This document shows positions 49,659 through 58,741 of a stretch of 64,000 bases of DNA, in pieces. The DNA lies in contig DFQY01000053.1 in NCBI GenBank assembly GCA_002378005.1, forward strand, positions 31,824 through 95,823, read 5' to 3'. Under the pieces are notes generated by a model that saw nothing but the letters and a program-made list of their open reading frames with translations, was not told the DNA's origin and did not search any database. The first letter of the stretch is position 1, and each line of letters begins with the position of its first letter. The DNA is from Flavobacteriales bacterium UBA3477 (GTDB taxonomy: Bacteria > Bacteroidota > Bacteroidia > Flavobacteriales > Schleiferiaceae). Position numbers and translations under genes: made by a program.

Positions 49659-50297
49659 TTAAGGTTGTAATCTACGAATGGTCCATTCGGATCTTTCAAG
49701 CGTATACACTATTCGATCGTGGAGTCTCCCCTCTCTTCCTTGCCAAAATTCAAATGATAGAGGTTGAATGGCAAATCCACCCCAATTTTCCGGCATTGGA
49801 ACAGTACTACCTTCCGGGTATTCCATTTGAAACTCTGAGAATTTGGACTCCAGGGCGGCTCTGCTCTCAATGGGTTGACTTTGTTCTGAAGCAGCTGCGC
49901 CTATTTGACTTGAGTATGGGCGGGTAGCGAAATATGCCTCACTTTTCTCTTTCGAAATTTTAACCACCTTACCTTGAATACGTACTTGACGTTCTTGTTC
50001 TCTCCAGAAAAAGAGTGCACTCACCACTGGATTATTCAACAAGTCTTGCCCCTTGGCACTTCCGTAATTCGTAAAAAAGATCAATTCATTGTTTTCCACT
50101 GCCTTTAGTAGTACAATTCTATTGCTTGGAAACCCTTGAGAATCTACTGTAGCAATGGCCATGGCATTAGAATCTTTGATGCGCAGTTCTGCATAACTCT
50201 GATACCAATGCTGAAATTGATCGAAGGGATTGCTTTCTAAATTAGATTCTAATAATGAATCAAACTTGTAGCTTTCTCTTATGTTGTGTAAATCCAT
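49659..50297 (-). CDS. pdxH: Pyridoxamine 5'-phosphate oxidase
   Basis: 212 aa with FEFWQGR and RLHDRIVY C-terminal motifs typical of PdxH. Confidence 0.9.
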   Translation of the reverse strand: MDLHNIRESYKFDSLLESNLESNPFDQFQHWYQSYAELRIKDSNAMAIATVDSQGFPSNRIVLLKAVENNELIFFTNYGSAKGQDLLNNPVVSALFFWREQERQVRIQGKVVKISKEKSEAYFATRPYSSQIGAAASEQSQPIESRAALESKFSEFQMEYPEGSTVPMPENWGGFAIQPLSFEFWQGREGRLHDRIVYTLERSEWTIRRLQP

Positions 50298-50314
50298 ATG
50301 TCTAAATTAGTGTA

Positions 50315-50863
50315 ATGCATTGGAACAATCAGCCTGCTAAAGGAACACTTCTCATTTCTAAACCACTCATTGGCGATGGCTTTTTTGAGAAAAGTGTGGT
50401 GTACCTCACTGAACATAACGATGAAGGCACCTTAGGGTTTACCTTGAATAAAGAAAGTAATCTGTTGGTGAAAGATTTAGTGGACGATTTCGAACGAGAT
50501 AATGCGCTAATGTTCGGTGGACCGGTCGAACAAGATGCTCTTTTCTACCTACATGCTGAAGAGCGTATACCCAACAGTGCACCTGTGGGCAATGGCTTGT
50601 TTTTAGGAGGTGATTTTGAAGTATTCCAAAAGTTGATACAAGAGGATCCAAAAACCCCCTTCAAAGCATTCTTAGGATATAGTGGTTGGTCTCCGGGCCA
50701 ATTAGAAGATGAAATATCCGATGGTACCTGGGTAGTTCTTCATCCCCCCTTTGAGACTGATATATTGACATTGTCTAAAGATGCATGGCGAAACTACATG
50801 CACACTCTTGGTGGGGAATACCGCATTTGGGCCAATGCCCCGGAAGATCCTTGGGTGAATTAA
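50315..50863 (+). CDS. YqgE/AlgH-family protein (UPF0301)
   Basis: 182 aa with GTLLISKPLIGDGFFEKSVVYLTEHNDEGTLGF and GYSGWSPGQLEDE, typical of the family. Confidence 0.8.
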   Translation: MHWNNQPAKGTLLISKPLIGDGFFEKSVVYLTEHNDEGTLGFTLNKESNLLVKDLVDDFERDNALMFGGPVEQDALFYLHAEERIPNSAPVGNGLFLGGDFEVFQKLIQEDPKTPFKAFLGYSGWSPGQLEDEISDGTWVVLHPPFETDILTLSKDAWRNYMHTLGGEYRIWANAPEDPWVN

Positions 50864-51705
50864 AGCTTGCTCAGCACCTCCAGCTTTCCATTGATCAAGG
50901 CAACTGCTTCCGCTGCCTTATTGCTTGCGAACGTCTTTTTACGATAGGTCTTAATCGCTTGAATACCCTTAATCGTATTCGTAATCCAAAGTTCGTCTGC
51001 CTTTTGAAGATCAAAGGGTGAAATACTTTTCTCCTCAATCTCAAGACCCAATTCTTTGGCCCAAAGCAACATATTCTTTCTGAAAACACCTCTCAAAGCT
51101 CCATCTTCTAATGGCGGCGTAATAAGCTTCGACCCTTGCAGAAGAAAGAGGTTGCCGTAATTCGCCTCCACCACCATCTTCTGGTCATTGATCAACAATA
51201 CAGCATCTAGATTATTCTCTGCGGCAAAGATTCCGCTTAGGACGTAAGGCAGCGCATTCGTAGATTTAACAGTAGTCAACAATCCCGCTTGGAGAGGATG
51301 ATCCTTAAACAGGTCCACAATCAAATCATTACGCAACGTGTAATCAGCTTCTTGAAGTAGTTCTATTTCGACCCACCAGTGAACACCATTTGATTGCACT
51401 GGCGTATACTTCCCCATACCATTTCTGACCACCTGGAAACGTAACCTAGCATTGGTATAACCAAAATGATCTGCTAATTTTTCACATTCCGCCACTAAAA
51501 ACTCTGGCGTAAATTCCATAGGGATAGTCATTCTCAAAATCCTCATAGATGCCATAAGACGGAAATAATGGTCTTCAATAAAAAGCACCTTTCCCTCTCG
51601 CATTCTCATGGTTTCAAAAAGCCCATCGCCATAGTTAAGTGCTCGCTTGACTTGAGATATAGGAATTGTGTTCAGTGCGACTAAAGAACCGTTGTAATTG
51701 ACCAT
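50860..51705 (-). CDS. Class IV aminotransferase-fold protein (aminodeoxychorismate lyase / branched-chain aminotransferase-like)
   Basis: 281 aa with NYGDGLFETMR near the N-terminus and later GALRGV, typical of PLP fold-type IV enzymes. Confidence 0.72.
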   Translation of the reverse strand: MVNYNGSLVALNTIPISQVKRALNYGDGLFETMRMREGKVLFIEDHYFRLMASMRILRMTIPMEFTPEFLVAECEKLADHFGYTNARLRFQVVRNGMGKYTPVQSNGVHWWVEIELLQEADYTLRNDLIVDLFKDHPLQAGLLTTVKSTNALPYVLSGIFAAENNLDAVLLINDQKMVVEANYGNLFLLQGSKLITPPLEDGALRGVFRKNMLLWAKELGLEIEEKSISPFDLQKADELWITNTIKGIQAIKTYRKKTFASNKAAEAVALINGKLEVLSKL

Positions 51706-51722
51706 TAGTACAGGATTTGAGG

Positions 51723-51730
51723 CAAACTTA
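51723..51730 (-). promoter_or_regulatory. Candidate -7 promoter box for the class IV aminotransferase gene
   Basis: The minus strand reads TAAGTTTG (exact TAnnTTTG). The box ends 17 nt upstream of the ATG at 51705 and lies just downstream of the preceding terminator. Confidence 0.3.
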
Positions 51731-51734
51731 GAGC

Positions 51735-51766
51735 AAAAAAAAGCCCCACACTAACGTGCGGGGCTC
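51735..51766 (-). terminator. Rho-independent terminator after the T9SS hydrolase gene
   Basis: The minus strand reads GAGCCCCGCAC-GTTA-GTGTGGGGCT followed by TTTTTTTT. Confidence 0.7.
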
Positions 51767-51785
51767 AAAATATGAATCGATAGAA

Positions 51786-53384
51786 TTATCTAATCGAAAT
51801 TCGTTTGGTCATTTCTTGTCCATTCGAACTAATTTTCAATAAATACATACCGGAGCTAAGGTGTTCAGCTTGAAGTGTTTTGCTCATTGCATTGATTTCT
51901 TCAGCGTGAACCATGCGTCCTGTAATGTCTAAAATCTGCACACGGTCGATGACCATACCGTTTGACTTCAATGTGATTACACCATTTGATGGGTTCGGGT
52001 ATACATCAACAGAAAGTTGGACTTCGCCAATACCTGCCGGTACACCTTCAGCTTGAAGCACAGTAGCCATACGTGGAACGATGAAAGACATCACAGTATC
52101 GATCCAAGCCTGTGAAGTTGCTTCCACATTTGGATTCGCAGGATTCTGGTTTGCATATGGATCGTTAGGATCGTACCAGTTCCATGGCGCTGTATGTACA
52201 ATCCATGGTGTCATAGCATTAGCTGGTGCAATTTCGATCGTGTACAAACACTGCTCGTTTGTTGGGTTTGTCGCTTGTTGGTCTACCCAAATTGCATCTG
52301 AATAGTTTGCGTTCAAGAATACATCATTATTACCGTAAGCGTTGGCCGCTTTGATGGCACCGTAAGATCCTGTTACGCTTACTACTGGGAAGAATTGTTG
52401 ACCAATTGGCACATAAACCATCCCTGTATCATAAGGAGCGAAGAAATCGTACTTGCTGTGGATACTCAACATAGGCACATCACCTTGCTCCAACCAAGCA
52501 CCATCACCTAGGGCTCCACCCATATTGATTACCATCAATACGTCATCTGGCATACCCGCATGGTTCTCATAGTTACGACCAGGAGTGCTGTAATCCATGG
52601 TAGGCACACCAAAGGCATTTTGTCCTGTAACAGTAATGGCTGCACCGAAACCATCGATATCACCCACCATACTCGTATCTACATATGGATCGCCTGGCAA
52701 AACCGGCTGACCGAAGATTCCAGTAGAACCCTGATACTTAAATTTAGCAGGACCCGCTACTTCAGAATACTTATCAATGGTCGCATACGCAAAGGTGATA
52801 TAACCACCTGAACCTTGCCCCACCATGATGGTATTGCTAGCATTAATGCCATAAGGGTTACCCGCACCCAATTGTGTCAGGTTCAAGTAACGCACCAACG
52901 CCTTTGCATCTTGAATCGAATAGTACACCGCAAGCAAGTTTGAACCACGACGAACATCTAAGTTCGTGCTGTTCGCCAACCAACCGAGACGGTAAGATGC
53001 TGCAATACTTACGTAGCCCATTTTTGCAAAACGCTCACACATCTCAACTACAGCACTATCCTTACGTGTACCGAGAGGAGATCCGTTCAATCCTTTCGGA
53101 ATGAATGAACCTGTGTGCCAAATAATCACTACCGGACGATCCGTAGCTGTATCCACCGCAGGCGATGGCATGTAAAAATCAGCCTGGAGTGGCTGAAGAT
53201 TCGTACCCGAAAGCGGGTTAGTTGCACTCGAAGTAGTATCTACGTAAGGGTTGAAATTCACCCCGTAGGAAACATCGGACTGCACAACAATCTCAGAATC
53301 CGTGAAGATTTCCGTGGTATAGCGTTGTCCAAACGCCAACGAAGAGATCATCAAGGCTCCCATTAAAAAAGTAATCTTTTTCAT
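51786..53384 (-). CDS. Secreted alpha/beta-hydrolase-like (esterase/lipase-type) protein with a T9SS C-terminal sorting domain
   Basis: Signal peptide plus esterase-like blocks DRPVVIIWHTGSF, GYVSIAASYRLGW and IMVGQGSGGYITFA. The C-terminus VDVYPNPSNGVITL...SSGMYLLKISSNGQEMTKRISIR is a classic T9SS CTD. Confidence 0.55.
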   Translation of the reverse strand: MKKITFLMGALMISSLAFGQRYTTEIFTDSEIVVQSDVSYGVNFNPYVDTTSSATNPLSGTNLQPLQADFYMPSPAVDTATDRPVVIIWHTGSFIPKGLNGSPLGTRKDSAVVEMCERFAKMGYVSIAASYRLGWLANSTNLDVRRGSNLLAVYYSIQDAKALVRYLNLTQLGAGNPYGINASNTIMVGQGSGGYITFAYATIDKYSEVAGPAKFKYQGSTGIFGQPVLPGDPYVDTSMVGDIDGFGAAITVTGQNAFGVPTMDYSTPGRNYENHAGMPDDVLMVINMGGALGDGAWLEQGDVPMLSIHSKYDFFAPYDTGMVYVPIGQQFFPVVSVTGSYGAIKAANAYGNNDVFLNANYSDAIWVDQQATNPTNEQCLYTIEIAPANAMTPWIVHTAPWNWYDPNDPYANQNPANPNVEATSQAWIDTVMSFIVPRMATVLQAEGVPAGIGEVQLSVDVYPNPSNGVITLKSNGMVIDRVQILDITGRMVHAEEINAMSKTLQAEHLSSGMYLLKISSNGQEMTKRISIR

Positions 53385-53403
53385 ACACTGTTTTTTGGGA
53401 AGG

Positions 53404-56199
53404 TTAATTTATTTGAATACTCAGGTAGGCCAACCTTCCCACTAAGGGCCCACCGAATACTTGATACACTTGATTATTCAATGCGTTGCTCGCACCGATT
53501 TTGTAGGTTATTGTGGTTTTCTTATCTCTTTTGTTACGAATCTGAGTGAATGAACATTGTGCATCCACAAGACCGTAAGATGGTATACTACCGGTAAACT
53601 GCGGGGAACCTTCAAATACGAAGCCCTGTATCCATTTGTAATTCACCCCTGCCCCTAATAATCTTTCCTTGTTGTTATTGATTGGGTAATTACGAATGTT
53701 CCAGCCCACGTTGAACTTGTGTTCTGGTGTATTGAAGGCAGGCACAATAGGATCGGAAACTGCAGAGGTCAACTTATTCCAGCTGTAATTTCCAGATAGC
53801 GTTTGGTAATCACCTATGAAGGTGTTCAATCCCACAGAAAATCCTTGTGTGGTGACCTGCTCTGTTGCATTCGCCGCAATACGATAGACTTTCAATGATT
53901 TTAGTCGATCAATTGCGGTAGTCCCCTCTTCAATATTAGCACCAATGATGTACCCGATGAAATCATCGTAGAGGGAATAGTAATAATTGGCATCAACGAA
54001 AACACGCTCAAACAAGGTAGCTCGGTATCCTCCCTCGAGGGTCTTAACCTTTTCAGGACGAATAGCATCAACATTAAAATAGCCAAAATCATGTGCTAAA
54101 CGATCCGAGGCGGCTTTACCTAAAAAGTCAACAATGTTATCTAAGGTAACTAGGCTGTCGAAACCATTCAAGTTACCCTTTAGAACAGCTCTACCGACGT
54201 TATAGTATAGGTACTGATCTGCCAAGGTTGGGTTCCGGATGGCACTTGAAAAGCTGAGACGAACGGTTTGATTTTCGTCTAATTTATAGACCATGGACAC
54301 AGCTGGTGATACTAGTGGTCGGAAGTTCTGATTCTTGTCCACACGTCCAGTTACACTCAACTTCAACCTGTCGTCCATCAAGTCTTGTTCATATCCTCCA
54401 TACACCCCAAATTCTTGGTTTGTAATGGCGATGCCTGCGGTATCTGAGAATATCGTCCCAGCACTTCTTGGTGTATAGCGTCTGTAATTAGCACCCAGGC
54501 GTAATGTACCGCCCTTCTCCGTGGTAAAGGTGCGTTCACCTTGAGTGTGGTAAAGGGCAGATTTGTCATAGAATTTACTACCGCCCTCCGTAAATAGTGT
54601 AGAGGTTATATGGTTCTTTAAATCATCAAAGGCCTGAGTACCTGGAGTAAGCAGATTAGAGAAATATTCAAGCTCTTCCGTGGTGGTATAACCCGCCGCC
54701 GAACCTGCGGCATACAAGACATTACTATGGTTGTTGCGATGCAACTCCGTAAAGAAATCAAGATTTGTAGCGATTAATGAATCCATGACTGCTTGGTATT
54801 CATTCATAGGGAGACTGTTGGCTGGAGCCCCGGGTAAGGCACGTACTTGCGGTCTATTAATCATCTGCCAGAAAGTTCTGTAGTAGTTGCTATAGAACTG
54901 GTTCGAAGCGATACTATCCTGCATTCTCAATGCGGTGAAATAGGCATCGTAGCTGTTTCCTGCATCTTCATGGGTAGAATATGCACGTATGAACCATTTA
55001 TCGTCTTTTCGCAGCTCTACCCTGTTTTGAAGGAACAAAATGTCTTTTAAGCTATATCTATTATCACCCTGATATACTGTTGTTCCCGAGCCAAAGTTTA
55101 CCGCATAAATAGCCCTTAAATCGTCTTTAATCTTATAGTGTAGTGCTGAGGTTAATTTGATGTTCTCGGTATCATAGTCTACTAAATACTTCTCCTCGAT
55201 CCCTGGACGGTAGAATCTGCCTATACCTGCATAATATTTGGAATCACCACCATCGTCCCACCAATCTTCATCCCCGTAGCGATTGACTGCATCATAACCA
55301 CCTGGGTTGGTCACACCATCACGGCTTATATCGGTAGGATCCATATTTCCGGCCTCCCAATCATCCGCCTTCAATACAAATAAATTGATCTTGTAGGCAA
55401 AGTTATCATTGACCTTGTCGGCCCAACGAACTGAAACTTCGGTAAGGTTTCTCTCTCCCACCTTAATACTACTGCTGAGCCCCGTAAACAAGAAAGGATC
55501 TTTGGTCGTCATAGAAATGACCCCATTAAACGCACTAGGCCCATAAAAGGCAGTCGAGGCACCGGCTATAACATCAACCCCAACGATATCCAGATCTGGA
55601 GCGCCTAGGAAGTTTCCTAAAGAGAAATTGAGACCCGGGCTCTGATTATCTACACCGTCGATCAATTGAAGCGAACGCACAGGCGAGGTACTGTTAAAAC
55701 CTCGGGTATTGATAATCTTAAAACCAATACTTGCGCTTGTTAGATCCACCCCTTTCAGGGTACCCAAATGGTCATAAAAACTTACGCTCGGACTTTCTTT
55801 AATTGCAAGTGCATCCATACTTTCGACAGTGAGGGCACTCTTTTCTTGCTTCTCAGATAATCTCTGTTGAACAACACTCACCTCCGTAAGTACATTTTGA
55901 TCTGGCTCAAGGCCTATATTCACTGGATTAGTTGATCTTATTACAACATCTTTACTGGCAAAACCCAAACTGGCGACACGCACTGTCACAGAGGGTTGTC
56001 TGTCGGTCAGGTACACTTTAAGGGACCAATTCCCATCAAAATCAGTTACTGTTCCAATGTTAGAAGGTGTTCCATTTTGCAACACGGTAACGCTTGCCCC
56101 AACAATAGGATCTTTGAATTGATCAACGACAGATCCACTTATTTGCGCATGCAAGAACCCTCCAAAGAGGAGGGCGAAAGTGAGTAGGGTTTTGTTCAT
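53404..56199 (-). CDS. TonB-dependent outer-membrane receptor with an N-terminal carboxypeptidase-regulatory-like domain
   Basis: 931 aa with a signal peptide, a CarbopepD_reg-like segment (ISGSVVDQFKDPIVGASVTV...TDFDGNWSL), a plug region (IINTRGFNS...RSLQLIDGV) and a long barrel. Confidence 0.85.
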   Translation of the reverse strand: MNKTLLTFALLFGGFLHAQISGSVVDQFKDPIVGASVTVLQNGTPSNIGTVTDFDGNWSLKVYLTDRQPSVTVRVASLGFASKDVVIRSTNPVNIGLEPDQNVLTEVSVVQQRLSEKQEKSALTVESMDALAIKESPSVSFYDHLGTLKGVDLTSASIGFKIINTRGFNSTSPVRSLQLIDGVDNQSPGLNFSLGNFLGAPDLDIVGVDVIAGASTAFYGPSAFNGVISMTTKDPFLFTGLSSSIKVGERNLTEVSVRWADKVNDNFAYKINLFVLKADDWEAGNMDPTDISRDGVTNPGGYDAVNRYGDEDWWDDGGDSKYYAGIGRFYRPGIEEKYLVDYDTENIKLTSALHYKIKDDLRAIYAVNFGSGTTVYQGDNRYSLKDILFLQNRVELRKDDKWFIRAYSTHEDAGNSYDAYFTALRMQDSIASNQFYSNYYRTFWQMINRPQVRALPGAPANSLPMNEYQAVMDSLIATNLDFFTELHRNNHSNVLYAAGSAAGYTTTEELEYFSNLLTPGTQAFDDLKNHITSTLFTEGGSKFYDKSALYHTQGERTFTTEKGGTLRLGANYRRYTPRSAGTIFSDTAGIAITNQEFGVYGGYEQDLMDDRLKLSVTGRVDKNQNFRPLVSPAVSMVYKLDENQTVRLSFSSAIRNPTLADQYLYYNVGRAVLKGNLNGFDSLVTLDNIVDFLGKAASDRLAHDFGYFNVDAIRPEKVKTLEGGYRATLFERVFVDANYYYSLYDDFIGYIIGANIEEGTTAIDRLKSLKVYRIAANATEQVTTQGFSVGLNTFIGDYQTLSGNYSWNKLTSAVSDPIVPAFNTPEHKFNVGWNIRNYPINNNKERLLGAGVNYKWIQGFVFEGSPQFTGSIPSYGLVDAQCSFTQIRNKRDKKTTITYKIGASNALNNQVYQVFGGPLVGRLAYLSIQIN

Positions 56200-56251
56200 A
56201 CCCTAATGTAACAAAGATTTTCTTAAAAAGGTTGACTTACCTCTTTATATA

Positions 56252-57202
56252 TCAACGAGTTGCAGCGGCGCGTACTAAACGATCATTGATGGCACGCCCC
56301 AAACCTTCTTCGGGTAATCTAACCACATGAATCTGAGGATATTTAGAGCCCAATTCTCGCAACATAGCAAACAGATTTTGTGCCGCCTCACTATAACTTT
56401 TTGTAGTACTTAACGAATAAATATGTTCATAACGCACATCATCCAAGGGTCCGAAAAGCAATAATGCATTATCATTCGAAACATCTACAGCCCTCATTGC
56501 TTCATCTATAGTGTTGTGCAAAACAATCTTTGCTCCTGGATTATAATGGGCACTGAGCATGCCTGGTGCATGCGGAGTTGAACTGCTGGTTTGTACCGGA
56601 AGTTCACCTAGTACTAACTCTAATTGGCCTACATCCATCCCCCCTAATCGCAACACCTTCGGCGATTCCCCTGTAAAATCTACAATAGTACTTTCTAAAC
56701 CTACAGTGCAGGGGCCACCATCCAAGACCCCTCCGATTCGCTCACCAAGTTGCGCCAATACGTGCTGCGCTGTTGTAGGCGACGTATATCCGAAAGGATT
56801 GGCACTTGGAGCCGCAATGAATAGGCCGCTTTGCTTTAACACTTGGAGCATCATCGGGTGCGATGGGATTCGTACAGCCACAGTAGGATGACCGCTTGTT
56901 ACTAAATCTGGAACTATGGGCTTCTTCTTCAACACCACAGTAAGCGGCCCAGGAGAAAATGCAAGAAGCAAGGATTCTGACTCAGGCGTGAGCTCTGCTA
57001 TATTCCGAACACCGTCCAAATCTGCCACATGTACAATTAATGGATCGAAAGACGGACGGTTCTTAGCTTCAAATACCTTGGCAACAGCCTTGATATCTAA
57101 AGCATTAGCACCTAGACCGTAGACCGTTTCAGTCGGCAAGCCTACTACCTCTCCAGCTTGTAATAATCGTACTGCCTCATCTATATTGCACAGCCCGGCC
57201 AT
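56252..57202 (-). CDS. L-threonylcarbamoyladenylate synthase (Sua5/YwlC long form: YrdC plus Sua5 domains)
   Basis: 316 aa with GLPTETVYGLGANA and the SANPFG motif (IAAPSANPFGYTSP). Confidence 0.85.
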   Translation of the reverse strand: MAGLCNIDEAVRLLQAGEVVGLPTETVYGLGANALDIKAVAKVFEAKNRPSFDPLIVHVADLDGVRNIAELTPESESLLLAFSPGPLTVVLKKKPIVPDLVTSGHPTVAVRIPSHPMMLQVLKQSGLFIAAPSANPFGYTSPTTAQHVLAQLGERIGGVLDGGPCTVGLESTIVDFTGESPKVLRLGGMDVGQLELVLGELPVQTSSSTPHAPGMLSAHYNPGAKIVLHNTIDEAMRAVDVSNDNALLLFGPLDDVRYEHIYSLSTTKSYSEAAQNLFAMLRELGSKYPQIHVVRLPEEGLGRAINDRLVRAAATR

Positions 57203-57203
57203 C

Positions 57204-57851
57204 CTAAGGAATTCTTAAGTACTTATGCGTTTGAAGACTGATCTTCCACTTTGGATGTTCGAGAATATAATCCACCAGTAGGGGCATTATTTCATCGCGC
57301 TTACTCCATTCTGGCTGAAGGTAAAGCGTACATTTATCATTAACCTTGGCCGCATGTTCTTCGGCCCACTTCAAGTCATGGCGGTTGTATACAATGACTT
57401 TAAGTTCTTGCGCGTGCTGGTAGTAGCCTTCTTTCACAGAGGCAGTTTTTTTCGGGCTCAAGGTGATCCAATCCCAATCTCCTGTCAATGGATACGCACC
57501 ACTGGTTTCCACATGCACTGTTATCCCTTCTTCATGGAAGGCATCAACCAAGGGTTTCATGTTCCAAGTAAGAGGCTCACCACCCGTAACTACTACTGTA
57601 TCTGAGTATTTCTTAGCTTCCTCAATGATACTATTGATAGGTGTAGGAGGATGAGTATCTGGATTCCAACTTTCCTTAACATCACACCAATGACAACCTA
57701 CATCACATCCGCCAATTCGCACGAAGTAAGCGGCCTTTCCGGTATGTGCCCCCTCTCCTTGGATTGTATAAAACTGCTCCATGAGTGGGACTACCTCACC
57801 TCGACGAATAGTATCCTGAGCGAAGCTCTGTGATGTGGTTATGTCTTTCAT
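57204..57851 (-). CDS. queE: 7-carboxy-7-deazaguanine synthase (radical SAM)
   Basis: 215 aa with the radical-SAM cluster GGCDVGCHWCD (C-x3-C-x2-C) and VVTGGEP. Confidence 0.85.
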   Translation of the reverse strand: MKDITTSQSFAQDTIRRGEVVPLMEQFYTIQGEGAHTGKAAYFVRIGGCDVGCHWCDVKESWNPDTHPPTPINSIIEEAKKYSDTVVVTGGEPLTWNMKPLVDAFHEEGITVHVETSGAYPLTGDWDWITLSPKKTASVKEGYYQHAQELKVIVYNRHDLKWAEEHAAKVNDKCTLYLQPEWSKRDEIMPLLVDYILEHPKWKISLQTHKYLRIP

Positions 57852-58729
57852 TAGGCTTGGCCCAATTCTGTCACTTTCATCGTATTCATCATCAATGCTG
57901 CACGAGTCATCGGCCCGACACCACCTGGAACAGGTGTGATGAAACTACATTTCGGTGCAACGGCATCAAAATCCACATCGCCAAGCAATCTGAAGCCTGA
58001 TTTTTTCGTAGCATCGTCCACTCGAGTAATGCCTACATCAATCACACATGCCCCTTCTTTCACCATATCCGCAGTTACAAAACCTGGACGCCCCAGAGCG
58101 GCAACGATGATATCGGCTTTACGACAGATTTCTTCCAAGTTCTTGGTACGACTATGGCATAGGGTTACTGTACAGTTACCCGGATAATTGTGCTGGCTTA
58201 GCAAGATGGACATAGGAGACCCTACAATATGAGAGCGTCCGATGACCACACAATCTTTTCCTTCTGTAGGCACCTCGTAGCGACGCAAGAGCTCCACGAT
58301 ACCCATTGGCGTTGCCGGAATGTACGCAGGTAATCCTAGGGTCATGCGCCCAACATTTTGAGGATGAAAACCATCCACATCCTTTTTAGGATCAACGGCC
58401 ATTAAAACGGCAGTTTCGTCGATGTGCTCTGGCAAAGGTAATTGGACAATATAGCCATCAATATCCTCGTCACTGTTGAGCTTATAGATAGCTTTAAGCA
58501 GATCCTCTTGTGTCGTCTCAGCAGGCAGTTTAATCAACGTCGAACCGAACCCTACCTCTTCGCAATCGCGAACTTTAGCATTCACATAGGTTCTCGATGC
58601 GCCATCTTCCCCTACAAGGATTGCCGCCAAATGAGGGACCTTCCCTCCTTCTGCTTTTAGAGCTTTTACTTGTTCTGCCAGTTCAGCGCGAATCTTTGCA
58701 GAAGTTATTTTACCGTCTAAAACTACCAT
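57851..58729 (-). CDS. folD: Bifunctional methylenetetrahydrofolate dehydrogenase / methenyltetrahydrofolate cyclohydrolase
   Basis: 292 aa with [18 protein letters not shown] and [13 protein letters not shown]. The stop shares 1 nt with the queE start. Confidence 0.95.
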   Translation of the reverse strand: MVVLDGKITSAKIRAELAEQVKALKAEGGKVPHLAAILVGEDGASRTYVNAKVRDCEEVGFGSTLIKLPAETTQEDLLKAIYKLNSDEDIDGYIVQLPLPEHIDETAVLMAVDPKKDVDGFHPQNVGRMTLGLPAYIPATPMGIVELLRRYEVPTEGKDCVVIGRSHIVGSPMSILLSQHNYPGNCTVTLCHSRTKNLEEICRKADIIVAALGRPGFVTADMVKEGACVIDVGITRVDDATKKSGFRLLGDVDFDAVAPKCSFITPVPGGVGPMTRAALMMNTMKVTELGQA

Positions 58730-58741
58730 CGTCTATTAGTA

